Assembly (NCBI GenBank): GCA_964394405.1
Contig: CAYMVY010000001.1
Span: forward strand, 233,219 to 297,218
DNA from: an uncultured Gammaproteobacteria bacterium
GTDB lineage: Bacteria > Patescibacteriota > Patescibacteriia > Magasanikbacterales > UBA922
Length of the DNA stretch: 64,000 bases
Direction: 5' to 3'
The notes beneath the pieces are model-generated. The model worked only from the letters and a program-made list of their open reading frames with translations, was not told the DNA's origin and did no database searches. Numbering within the stretch: position 1 is the first letter of the stretch; every line of letters starts with the position of its first letter. The translations under genes and the position numbers were made by a program. Positions 17,749 through 26,549 of this stretch are shown here, piece after piece.

Positions 17749-17882
17749 CTGTTGGTTATCCCTCCTTATCAAAAAATTACCGTAGAAGTAGGTTGTTGTC
17801 AATCAAAAATCCATCCCCGGATTGGGGGATGGATTTCATAGGAGGGGTCGAATCTAGCTTAGCTAGAAGAGACTTTAAACTT

Positions 17883-17954
17883 GTGAGCCCAGCAGGAATC
17901 GAACCTGCGTATCCAGCTTAGAAGGCTAGTGTTCTATCCACTGAACTATGGGCT
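17883..17954 (-). tRNA. tRNA-Arg (anticodon TCT)
   Basis: Hand fold: acceptor GAGCCCA/TGGGCTC, anticodon stem CTAGC/GCTGG with loop CTTCTAA, T loop TTCGATT. No encoded CCA. Confidence 0.8.
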
Positions 17955-17993
17955 CTTAATGCTTGAAGAGTGTAATCTGAAACTGTTCATTTG

Positions 17994-18992
17994 TCAATCA
18001 TCTTTTCGTTTCTTTCCATGAAATTTTTTGTGTATATTAAGCAATTCCTTATCAGTGATGTGTGTATAGATTTGGGTTGTCGTGATTGAAGCGTGCCCGA
18101 GCATAGATTGGACGCTGCGGATATCGGCGCCATTTTGAAGTAAATCAGTGGCATAGGAGTGTCGGAGGGTGTGCGGAGTGACAGCTTTGGTGATCCCAGC
18201 TTCACGCGCATGTTTTTGTACAATACGCTGGACCGAGCGCGTTGTCAGCGGTTCATCATGACCATCTTTTGACTTATTTTTCACAATTTCGTGTTTTTTG
18301 GTCCGTTTATCGTGAGAAACAAAAAGATAGGGATGAATATCATTTCTGAGATCTAGATATTTCTTGAGCCAGTATTTTGCCTGCTCTGATATAAAAACAA
18401 CCCGAGTCTTCCGTCCCTTACCAGTAACCCTAAACTCGTCTCGTTTGAGGTTTACATCATCTTTCTTGAGTTTTACCAGCTCAGATACGCGAAGACCAGT
18501 AGAAAAGAGTAATTCGAGAATAGATTTGTCTCGATAGGCGATCAAGAGGGTCGGTCCAGCTGAAATTTGTTCTGCTTCAAGCTTCTTTACATTGATATTC
18601 TTGAGAGGTGCCTCGAGAATTCGATTCAAATCACTCCCATCAAGAAATGATACCTCGCGATCAGGCATCTTCATGAGCTCTATTTTTTCTGCTGGGAGCG
18701 TTTGTACATCTCTTTTGGCTAGATATTTCAGGAATGTTCGGAGTGCAATCAGGTGGTAATTCTGTGTATTCTTTTTGAGTGGCTCGCCGTGCACATCAAT
18801 GAGACGATTGAGCCATAGTCGGAACTGCCGGATATCTTCGTAGGTTATATCAGCAGGTTTTTTGTTCTCTCCAAACCACTCTACAAAACGTTTGAGATAA
18901 AAATCGTAGTTTTTGGTAGTTTTATCACTCCGATTCTTTTCAATTTCGAGGTGTTCGAGAAAATCAGTTTTGTATTGTGACAAAGTTTGCAT
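17994..18992 (-). CDS. tyrosine site-specific recombinase, XerC/XerD family
   Basis: C-terminal HTLRHSYATDLLQNGADIRSVQSMLGHASITTTQIYTHI catalytic region. N-terminal SAM-like core-binding domain. 332 aa. Confidence 0.8.
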   Translation of the reverse strand: MQTLSQYKTDFLEHLEIEKNRSDKTTKNYDFYLKRFVEWFGENKKPADITYEDIRQFRLWLNRLIDVHGEPLKKNTQNYHLIALRTFLKYLAKRDVQTLPAEKIELMKMPDREVSFLDGSDLNRILEAPLKNINVKKLEAEQISAGPTLLIAYRDKSILELLFSTGLRVSELVKLKKDDVNLKRDEFRVTGKGRKTRVVFISEQAKYWLKKYLDLRNDIHPYLFVSHDKRTKKHEIVKNKSKDGHDEPLTTRSVQRIVQKHAREAGITKAVTPHTLRHSYATDLLQNGADIRSVQSMLGHASITTTQIYTHITDKELLNIHKKFHGKKRKDD

Positions 18993-19071
18993 ATAAGATA
19001 TTTTTTGTGTCGCACAACATAGTATACCGGAAAATTTTTTATTTTTCTAGTAAAAACGTTAAAAAACGGGG

Positions 19072-19100
19072 TTGACAAAACGTGTTTTTTATGGTATAGT
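19072..19100 (+). promoter_or_regulatory. consensus sigma70-like promoter (TTGACA-17-TATAGT)
   Basis: TTGACA 19072-19077, 17-nt spacer, TATAGT 19095-19100. Confidence 0.5.
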
Positions 19101-19147
19101 ATATAACGTTGCAACATACAATATACAAAAAACAAATAAACAAACAT

Positions 19148-19276
19148 ATGCAACATAAATATATGGCCACAGACGCCGTAAAGTCTGAGTTTTCTTTAGT
19201 ATATTACTATCTAGCAGCAGGGATAATGATTGCAACCGCAGTATTTATCTTTGTTCCTCGTCTTACATTAAGGTGA
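19148..19276 (+). CDS. candidate small membrane protein (42 aa, one TM helix)
   Basis: ATG-to-TGA ORF MQHKYMATDAVKSEFSLVYYYLAAGIMIATAVFIFVPRLTLR. Lies between a consensus promoter and the intrinsic terminator at 19286-19310. No clear Shine-Dalgarno. Confidence 0.3.
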   Translation: MQHKYMATDAVKSEFSLVYYYLAAGIMIATAVFIFVPRLTLR

Positions 19277-19285
19277 AAAGTGGAA

Positions 19286-19310
19286 ACAGCCCACCCGGGC
19301 TGTTTTCGTT
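19286..19310 (+). terminator. intrinsic terminator (CAGCCC-ACCC-GGGCTG + TTTTCGTT)
   Basis: Hairpin plus T-run immediately after the small ORF. Confidence 0.5.
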
Positions 19311-19332
19311 ACTCAAATTTTAAAATACCACT

Positions 19333-20250
19333 ATGAATAAAAAAGTATATATGATACTTGCACTAGCCTTCACACTTACATTTTCAGGAATACCTGGACG
19401 TGTGAGCGCGCAGGTTGATCCTGCAATAATAACTACATCTCAAGGGGATGAAGCCAGCTCCACAACCAGTGGAGAGGCTGTAAAACCTACGAGATGGGGG
19501 CTCTTTTTTCTTGGCGTGAGGGAGCGCATTGCGCTTCTGACAACATTTGATCCGGTTGCCAAGGCAGAAAAAGCTCTCAAGTTTGCTAATGAACGAGCCA
19601 ATCTTGCAGAAAGGCTTGCAGATAAGACAGATGACCCCAAAGTTGAGGAGCGTCTGGATAAGATGCTCAAGCGAGCAAGTGAACTCGAAGAACGGGCTGA
19701 CCGTGTAAAAGATACACTCCTCGAAAATCCAGATGCACGGGCAAAATTATTACTTAAAAATTTGTTGAATTTTAAGGAACATAAGGAAGAGGTGTTTTCA
19801 AAAATTGAAGAAAAAGCAACCCCCGAGCAACTTGAGCGTATAAAAAACATGCGTGAACAAGCAGAGGAAAAAAATCAGGCACTCATGAACGCGCTTGAGA
19901 ATAGCAATATTCCTGAAGAAGTCCGAGAACATCTGGAAAAGGTTAAAGATCGAATTAAAGAACAGCAACAAAAAGTTGAGGAATTTAAGGAAGAGCAAAA
20001 AGAATTACTCGATCGGATACAGGCAGGAGATGAGTCTGCAAAAGAAGAATTGGAAACCCTTCGTCGTGAGCGTGCGGATGAGATGAGACAAAGGGCGAGT
20101 GAAAGGAATGTAAGCACCTCGACTGAGCGAAATATTCGACCACTCGAAAAACGTAGGGAGATGTTGCGAGAAAATGCAGAGAGACGTCAAGAAATACGGC
20201 AGACGCAAAAAAGACCACTACTACCACTACAAGAAAGGCCACAAAATTAA
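19333..20250 (+). CDS. secreted alpha-helical E/K/R-rich protein
   Basis: Signal peptide MNKKVYMILALAFTLTFSGIPGRVSAQ. Highly charged repetitive helical body. Terminator GGACCGattgaaaaCCGGTC+T7 at 20258-20287. Confidence 0.5.
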   Translation: MNKKVYMILALAFTLTFSGIPGRVSAQVDPAIITTSQGDEASSTTSGEAVKPTRWGLFFLGVRERIALLTTFDPVAKAEKALKFANERANLAERLADKTDDPKVEERLDKMLKRASELEERADRVKDTLLENPDARAKLLLKNLLNFKEHKEEVFSKIEEKATPEQLERIKNMREQAEEKNQALMNALENSNIPEEVREHLEKVKDRIKEQQQKVEEFKEEQKELLDRIQAGDESAKEELETLRRERADEMRQRASERNVSTSTERNIRPLEKRREMLRENAERRQEIRQTQKRPLLPLQERPQN

Positions 20251-20303
20251 TATAGAAAAGGACCGATTGAAAACCGGTCTTTTTTTCGCTATGCTTATGT
20301 CCT

Positions 20304-20780
20304 ATGAAACCAGAACTCTACCTCATACTTCCCAATATTCGCTCCTGCCACAATGTCGGGGCTATGTTTCGCACCGCTGATGCGTGTGGTTTTACTAAAA
20401 TCTATCTCGTAGGGTATACACCTGTCCCACCACGCCCTGAAATCGATAAAGTGGCTCTAGGGGCTGAAAAAACAGTGCCATGGGAACATAAGAAGAGTCT
20501 GGTACGCTTACTCTCAAGCTTAAAAAAACAAGGGTATACCCTTGTGGCATTGGAAAAAACTGAGGAAAGTGTCGAGCTCAGCTCTTTGGCCGCAAAATCA
20601 CTGGGATCTAGAGTGGCCCTAATTGTAGGAAATGAAGTCGATGGGATTGATACGAAGAGTCTTCGGAAGAGCGATATTATCACGCATATTCCTATGCGAG
20701 GTATGAAGGAAAGTCTAAATGTGTCTGTAGCTGCTGGAATTGGGATGTATCATGTAGCCCGTACAGTATACAATAGTTAA
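20304..20780 (+). CDS. SpoU/TrmH-family RNA 2'-O-methyltransferase
   Basis: 158 aa. SPOUT motifs (LVALEKTE...IVGNEVDGI...THIPMRGMKESLNVSVAAGI). Confidence 0.7.
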   Translation: MKPELYLILPNIRSCHNVGAMFRTADACGFTKIYLVGYTPVPPRPEIDKVALGAEKTVPWEHKKSLVRLLSSLKKQGYTLVALEKTEESVELSSLAAKSLGSRVALIVGNEVDGIDTKSLRKSDIITHIPMRGMKESLNVSVAAGIGMYHVARTVYNS

Positions 20781-20794
20781 TTATCGAGGTGTAC

Positions 20795-21703
20795 TCACAT
20801 GTCCATGAATGCTTTTGCTAATTTTTCGTACAGTATTGCAAAAATTGGATCGTCACTGATGGGGGATAAACCAACCTCAGAATTCATTTCAATAATTTTA
20901 GGACCATCTGTGGTATAGCCAAAATCAATACTATAAAAACGATGTCCACATTCAGAGAACTCTAAATCAATATTACGCGCAATGGTGAATAATTCTTGCG
21001 GTAAGCGTTTGAGGTCAACCATGTGTAAAGTACCTCCTTGGGCAACATTGGCGAGTAAGCTCCCTTTCGGAGGAGTCCTCACGTACGAAAACAACACTTC
21101 TCCATCAAAAATTGCCAATCGCAGATCATGTATCCCATCGACAATATCTTGAATACCACCCGAAGTATCCAAAAATTCTGAAACCACACCGGGGAATAAG
21201 AGTGAGGTGGAAGATTGGGTGAAATATTGTTTTTCTTTTATTTTTACACCAATACCTTCGGCACCTAAATAAGGCTTGAATACTGTATAAGGAGTAGTAA
21301 TCTGGTCTAATATTGCGTGCAATTCATCGATGGTAGTGACAAAGAATGTCTTGGGGCAATATTCAGAAAATTTTTGATAAGTAAGCCATTTGTTGTCACA
21401 AGTTTCTTTTATTTTTCGGCAATTAAGTACAGGAATATCGTCATTTGTCTCAAGTCTACCTTTATTAAAGATGACATCAGCGACTATCGGCCCTGTTTCT
21501 ATAAGACCTGTTTCAGTAATGATCCATGATTGGGAAAAATGTCCGTTTCCTAAGTAACTTTTTTGATCCCTGGTAACATATAGTTGTCCGCCCTGTTTGT
21601 TGAGGGCCTGGGATAGTTCCAAATAGCAGGTTAAATATTCGGGTGTAAAAACAGGGGTGCCTTGTTCATGTTTCGTGTCAGTAAATACGGCAATTTTTTT
21701 CAT
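20795..21703 (-). CDS. ATP-grasp ligase (RimK/YheC-like), paralog A
   Basis: ATP-grasp C-terminal signature RFYSIDFGYTTDGPKIIEMNSEVGL. Tandem paralog of 21805-22719. Confidence 0.6.
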   Translation of the reverse strand: MKKIAVFTDTKHEQGTPVFTPEYLTCYLELSQALNKQGGQLYVTRDQKSYLGNGHFSQSWIITETGLIETGPIVADVIFNKGRLETNDDIPVLNCRKIKETCDNKWLTYQKFSEYCPKTFFVTTIDELHAILDQITTPYTVFKPYLGAEGIGVKIKEKQYFTQSSTSLLFPGVVSEFLDTSGGIQDIVDGIHDLRLAIFDGEVLFSYVRTPPKGSLLANVAQGGTLHMVDLKRLPQELFTIARNIDLEFSECGHRFYSIDFGYTTDGPKIIEMNSEVGLSPISDDPIFAILYEKLAKAFMDM

Positions 21704-21804
21704 ACGGGGTTGTGTGAAGGATGAGGTGATGCCGCTATATTTTTGAAATATAGTGTATTCTGTTAGTGCGGTATGAGTTATGGATTAATTCAATGAGTGT
21801 GTAT

Positions 21805-22719
21805 CTATAATTCCATAAATACATGTGCCAATTTTTCTTTTAACGTTTTAAAAATAGGATGATCCTTGTTGGGTAGTAAGCCAAGCATACCATTTGTTTC
21901 AATAATTTTAGGACCATCTGTGGTATAGCCAAAATCAATACTATAAAAACGATGTCCACAATCACGAAAATCAGCATCAACAGAATTCACAATATCGATT
22001 AATTCGCGAGGTAGTTTAGAGAGTTCAACCATTCTAAAGGTGCCACCTTTTGCTACATTGGCGAGCAGACTCCCTTTCGGAGGAGTTCTCACATACGAAT
22101 AGAGCACTTCTCCATCAAACACCGCCAGTCTCAGATCATGTATTCCTTCGACAATACCAGGAATTCCGACAGACATATCTAGAAATTCTGAAACCACAGC
22201 GGGGAATCGAAGGTCAACGGAGTCTTGAGTGAAGTATTTTTTTTCTTCTATCTTGACCCCATCGCCACCGCCATCCAAATAGGGCTTAAAAACAGCTCGA
22301 TCTGTTGAAATTTTTGGGAGTATGGCATGTAATTGAACTGTATTTTCAACATAAAAAGTTTGGGGGCAATATTTAGAAAGACGTTCATACATGACCCATT
22401 TATTGTCAAAATGGTGAGTGATTGTTTCATTGTTAAAAATGGGTATGGTCCTATCAGTGGTAAATATTCCCTTATCGTAGAGCACGGCAACAGTGACTGG
22501 CCCAGTCTCTACCAGTTTATCATTTTCAATAACCCATGATTTCGAAAACGAGCCATTGCCTAGATACGTTTCTTGACCACGCACAATATACAATTGTCCA
22601 CCCAGACGGGATACCTCGGCCGTTAATTCGCTATATGCAGTCCAATAATCAGGTGTTGCAAGCGGTGGGTCCATGGCCCCAGGCAATTTAAAAAATACCG
22701 CAATTTTTTTCATACTCAT
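21805..22719 (-). CDS. ATP-grasp ligase, paralog B
   Basis: Same architecture, RFYSIDFGYTTDGPKIIETNGMLGL. Shares a 64-nt identical tract with paralog A. Confidence 0.6.
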   Translation of the reverse strand: MSMKKIAVFFKLPGAMDPPLATPDYWTAYSELTAEVSRLGGQLYIVRGQETYLGNGSFSKSWVIENDKLVETGPVTVAVLYDKGIFTTDRTIPIFNNETITHHFDNKWVMYERLSKYCPQTFYVENTVQLHAILPKISTDRAVFKPYLDGGGDGVKIEEKKYFTQDSVDLRFPAVVSEFLDMSVGIPGIVEGIHDLRLAVFDGEVLYSYVRTPPKGSLLANVAKGGTFRMVELSKLPRELIDIVNSVDADFRDCGHRFYSIDFGYTTDGPKIIETNGMLGLLPNKDHPIFKTLKEKLAHVFMEL

Positions 22720-22831
22720 ATATTACATTACCGCTCTAAAAGGGATGAACAAGTCAGTCTATCCTAGCATTTTTTTGCAAAAAATCAACTGGTATCGTAT
22801 AGTTGAGTAAAATCAGCTTAATCGCTAATCT

Positions 22832-23500
22832 ATGAATACTGTAGTATTTGATATCGAAACCATTCCAGTACATTTTGATGAACTAGACAGTGAACAGAAA
22901 AATTATTTGCTAAAATTCGCCGAAAATGGGGAAGATGAAGAAAAAATAAAGCAACAAATGGCGCTGTGGGCCCCGACGAATAGGATTGTCGCAATTGGTA
23001 TGCTCTCAGTCGAGAGCGGGAAAGGAGCAGTCTATTTCCAAGCACCAAGACAGAGTGTTGACCCTTATGAAAAAGACGGGATCAAATATGAGTCTGGCAC
23101 AGAAAAAGAAATTCTCGAAAAATTTTGGAAAGCTATTTCTTTTTCTCATAAATTCGTGACATTTAATGGTCGAGGTTTTGATTGTCCGGTGCTTATGCTC
23201 AGATCAGCAATGCTTGGAGTAAAGCCAACCAAAAATTTGGCACCCTACCGCTATAGTACGGATGCACACGTAGATCTGCTTGAGCAATTGACCTTCTATA
23301 ATGCCTATCGAAAATTTAATCTCGATTTTTATTGCAAAGCATTTGGGATTGAGTCACCTAAAGCAAATGGGGTGACTGGCCATGATGTGTTACCTATGTT
23401 TGAGTCGGGGAAATATACAGAAATCGCAGAGTATTGCGCCGGGGATCTGCATGCAACAAAGGAATTGTATATACGGTGGAAAGATAACTTATCGTTCTAG
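22832..23500 (+). CDS. RNase H-like 3'-5' exonuclease (PolB-exonuclease-like, YprB-type)
   Basis: FDIETIP Exo I motif (D-x-E) near the N-terminus, FNGRGFDCPVL Exo II-like, YCAGDLHAT Exo III-like. Confidence 0.55.
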   Translation: MNTVVFDIETIPVHFDELDSEQKNYLLKFAENGEDEEKIKQQMALWAPTNRIVAIGMLSVESGKGAVYFQAPRQSVDPYEKDGIKYESGTEKEILEKFWKAISFSHKFVTFNGRGFDCPVLMLRSAMLGVKPTKNLAPYRYSTDAHVDLLEQLTFYNAYRKFNLDFYCKAFGIESPKANGVTGHDVLPMFESGKYTEIAEYCAGDLHATKELYIRWKDNLSF

Positions 23501-23624
23501 AACTCAAAACTAAAAACTCAAAAGTTAAAACAATAACTTAAATCTCAAAATTTATTTTGTGTCTGAGAGATTTTAGTTCTTTAGTTACAGCTTTGAGTTT
23601 TGAATTTTACGTTTTGAGTTTACC
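23501..23624. repeat. intergenic AAAACTCAAA-type imperfect palindromic repeat element (copy A)
   Basis: Left arm of AACTCAAAAC/AAAAACTCAAAAG units, right arm of CTTTGAGTTTT/CGTTTTGAGTTT units. Confidence 0.6.
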
Positions 23625-23645
23625 TCAATTTTGTCGTATACTTAG

Positions 23646-24356
23646 GTGACTATGCAACCCATCATCCAACACACTCTCTCAATTTACGAAACGATTCTTA
23701 ATCGAATTCCTCCTTTGGTACCGCGAAATATAAAGCAAAGTTTTGAAGTAGAATTGGATCGTCTTCATAGAACAAGAGATATTTCTCTTGATGAAGTGGA
23801 ACAGTCGATGGTAGAGCATGGTAGGAAGCTGTGGCCGTATATCAAAGCATTCGAAGAAATGGTCGCTGTCCATGAAAAAGCGATGGGTAATAAATTTCTT
23901 TTGCAGAAAGCTTCTCCAGGTCTAAGGAAAAAATACGCACTCGTGTGCGAACTCGGCGGAGAGTTTGGGCCCATGTGTTATGGCGCATCACTTGAGCATT
24001 TTGATCATGATGAAAGGCGCGAGTTGAATGAACTTCTTGTAGAATTGAAGCGCGATATACGTACGTTTGCGATGCAGGCAGTCCTGACCCATGATCGAAA
24101 GACGTATGAAGAGAAAATAGAATATTATGGGGGCATGGTTGAGGAAATCAATGCTATTATTGAATCACTACGAACTTTTGCTAGAAATCACGCAGAAAAT
24201 CACAGTAATTTGGCACGCGATGTGGAAAGCAAGATTACAGCGATCGAGCAGAGTTTGGTATTTCTAGGACCACCGATACATATTGAAGAAATCAGGAAAA
24301 CACCAGAATACTATCAAGGCAGACGAGAAGAGAGGAAAGTGCGATGGGGAATATAA
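23646..24356 (+). CDS. hypothetical protein
   Basis: 236-aa ORF, no recognisable motif. Confidence 0.4.
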   Translation: MTMQPIIQHTLSIYETILNRIPPLVPRNIKQSFEVELDRLHRTRDISLDEVEQSMVEHGRKLWPYIKAFEEMVAVHEKAMGNKFLLQKASPGLRKKYALVCELGGEFGPMCYGASLEHFDHDERRELNELLVELKRDIRTFAMQAVLTHDRKTYEEKIEYYGGMVEEINAIIESLRTFARNHAENHSNLARDVESKITAIEQSLVFLGPPIHIEEIRKTPEYYQGRREERKVRWGI

Positions 24357-24387
24357 ATAAAACCCTGTACTAGAAAGGTACAGGGTT

Positions 24388-25191
24388 TTATTTCCAGTTG
24401 AGACTGGTCGGAAGCTCAGAAGGTTTCAACACTGAAGTCTCGAAGTATTTATTTGAAAAAAGTATTGGAAATTGTTTTTGTAGATCTTCTTTGGGTTTTT
24501 CTGATACGAGAATTGCTTGCTCAGCAAAAATTTCAAAATCATCGCCGAGCAATAGAAACATGTCATGGGAAAACTCGGGGAGTGTATGCAGTATTTCATT
24601 GGGCTCATGTGACGTTATTTTATATCTCGGAATGAAAGGTTTGCCACCAACCTGGATTTTGTAACATGCGAGACCTATCGATGAGTGGTAGCCATAGATA
24701 TTTCGGTCATAACCATGGCTGACATGCGAGCAACCAAGAGAAATACTGTGAGAGTAAAAATAAGAGTCTGCGACAAAGCTCACACTAATGGGTATTTTTT
24801 CAGGAATTTCATGAGGAAAAACCTTGTATGCTGAAGCTAAGAAATCATTAGAAGGGGTAATACTAAAAATTATTCCGCCGAGATATTCATCATGTTTATA
24901 CAGCGAGACTACCTGATATCTTTTGCCAGATTTTTCTCCTTCAGCTATTCGTGCACGAACAGGGAATACTGTACCCCGCTCTTTTGAAAGAATGTTTTTT
25001 TCGTATAAGGGGATAAATCTATCGAGATAGTCAGAAGTTACATCCTCGATAATAAATCGGTATCCATATTGGGATAATAGCTGATCTGCCTTTTTAATAC
25101 GTGATGTTGTCTGTTTTCCAAACGCAGAAAATGGGTCATTATTCTGGAGATGGATTCTCCAGCTAATATATCGAGGAAAGGAAATATCCAT
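24388..25191 (-). CDS. hypothetical protein (first gene downstream of the ATP-grasp/PfkB genes)
   Basis: 267-aa ORF co-directional with and 10 nt from the ATP-grasp gene. No confident domain. Confidence 0.4.
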   Translation of the reverse strand: MDISFPRYISWRIHLQNNDPFSAFGKQTTSRIKKADQLLSQYGYRFIIEDVTSDYLDRFIPLYEKNILSKERGTVFPVRARIAEGEKSGKRYQVVSLYKHDEYLGGIIFSITPSNDFLASAYKVFPHEIPEKIPISVSFVADSYFYSHSISLGCSHVSHGYDRNIYGYHSSIGLACYKIQVGGKPFIPRYKITSHEPNEILHTLPEFSHDMFLLLGDDFEIFAEQAILVSEKPKEDLQKQFPILFSNKYFETSVLKPSELPTSLNWK

Positions 25192-25201
25192 ATAGGTATG
25201 T

Positions 25202-26485
25202 TTATCCCACTTCTATCTCAACCATCTGTTCCAGTCGTCGTATATCTGCGAGTAATTCTGATTTTTCTATATTAAACAGTAAGATGTTAAATACACTCGT
25301 ACCCCCATTTTTGGCATACGTACACATATCTCCAATCTTTTTATTCACACTAATCTCTTTAAATGATTGAAGCTCTTGTGCACGTTTGATACCTGTCAGT
25401 TTCGTGAGGTGCCCTTCTTTCTTTGCAAAAAATTTCATGTATGCGGTATACCCTTTTACCTTTCGTTTGATACGAACTTCTTCTGGAATGCGAATGAGAA
25501 TATCATTCATCGTGTGATTGATTCCATATGAGTGCTCGTAAATATGGTGGCGGTATCCTCCTGCCCGAGCAGCTACTTCTATGATTTTCCAACCTTTTTC
25601 TGTTTTCATGAGCTCGATGTGCACCACCGTACTCCGGAGCGCCAGGGCATGTACCGCTTGTCGCGCCACATCTCGAGCCGCAAGAACACTTTCGGTATTG
25701 AGATTGGTGGGAGACATCTGGATATATCCAAAGAAGTCATCAAAACCAATGGTGCGACCAGTCTGAATATGGACGAGAGGGGCGAATTGGACTTTACCCC
25801 GGGCTGATACATATCCATCAATCGAATACATATCTCCTTCCATGAATTGTTCTACCAGAACTTGGGGGGTCCAATTTCCTCCAGTTTCTTGGTATAGAGT
25901 ATTAATTTTTTTAAAAACTTTTTTCAGACTCGCCTCCAACTCTTCTTTGTGAAAACAGATAGTTACCAATCGGCTTGCTGCAAGACCAGTAGGTTTCACC
26001 ACTAGAGGGAAACCTACTTTTTGTTCAATTTTTTGGAGTGAGGCTTCGGTAGTATCGGTAACGACAGTATATGCCGGGGTAATTTTTTTATTATAGGTAA
26101 ATAGACGTCTACGCATACTCAATTTATCCGATGCCCATCGTAATGACTCACTAGTTGGTGTGCGAAGATAGGGAACAAAGGGGATAATACGCGCAAACAT
26201 CTCTATATAGTCCTCACCTCTACACGAAATTGCAAGTAGTTCATCTTCATATGGCAGAAGAGTTTCCTGGATTGAGCTTTCAGATAATGTGTTGCACGAT
26301 AATACCAGATCAATGTTTTTGATAATATCATCAGTCGGAATATTTCTTTTTTCTTTGAGGTCAATTAATAATGCAATACGAAATTTTCGTCTGCTTTGTT
26401 TTTCGTACGCTCGAATTGCTGTAATCATGTAGGGAAGAATTTTCCCTACGTAGAGGATAATATTCTGTCTATTTTTTACAGACAT
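25202..26485 (-). CDS. ATP-grasp domain carboxylate-amine ligase
   Basis: FPLVVKPTGLAASRLV...EQFMEGDMYSIDGYV...IIEVAARAGG pattern of ATP-grasp enzymes. Confidence 0.6.
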   Translation of the reverse strand: MSVKNRQNIILYVGKILPYMITAIRAYEKQSRRKFRIALLIDLKEKRNIPTDDIIKNIDLVLSCNTLSESSIQETLLPYEDELLAISCRGEDYIEMFARIIPFVPYLRTPTSESLRWASDKLSMRRRLFTYNKKITPAYTVVTDTTEASLQKIEQKVGFPLVVKPTGLAASRLVTICFHKEELEASLKKVFKKINTLYQETGGNWTPQVLVEQFMEGDMYSIDGYVSARGKVQFAPLVHIQTGRTIGFDDFFGYIQMSPTNLNTESVLAARDVARQAVHALALRSTVVHIELMKTEKGWKIIEVAARAGGYRHHIYEHSYGINHTMNDILIRIPEEVRIKRKVKGYTAYMKFFAKKEGHLTKLTGIKRAQELQSFKEISVNKKIGDMCTYAKNGGTSVFNILLFNIEKSELLADIRRLEQMVEIEVG

Positions 26486-26549
26486 ACCATGAATAAATAA
26501 TCAAAAAATGTTCGCTATTTGTACCACACAATAGCGTTTTTGTCAAGGA

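Noticed and set aside
17326-17841. 171-aa plus-strand ORF
   Set aside because: Antisense to the zinc-ribbon gene, whose CxxC pairs indicate the true frame.
16153-17954. Classical tRNA-integrated genomic island carrying the SPFH module
   Set aside because: The duplicated tRNA-His piece is an internal segment, not the 3' end used as an att site. The recombinase lies outside the tRNA-bounded interval on the 5' side of tRNA-Arg. Evidence is insufficient, so it is reported only as a rearrangement hotspot.
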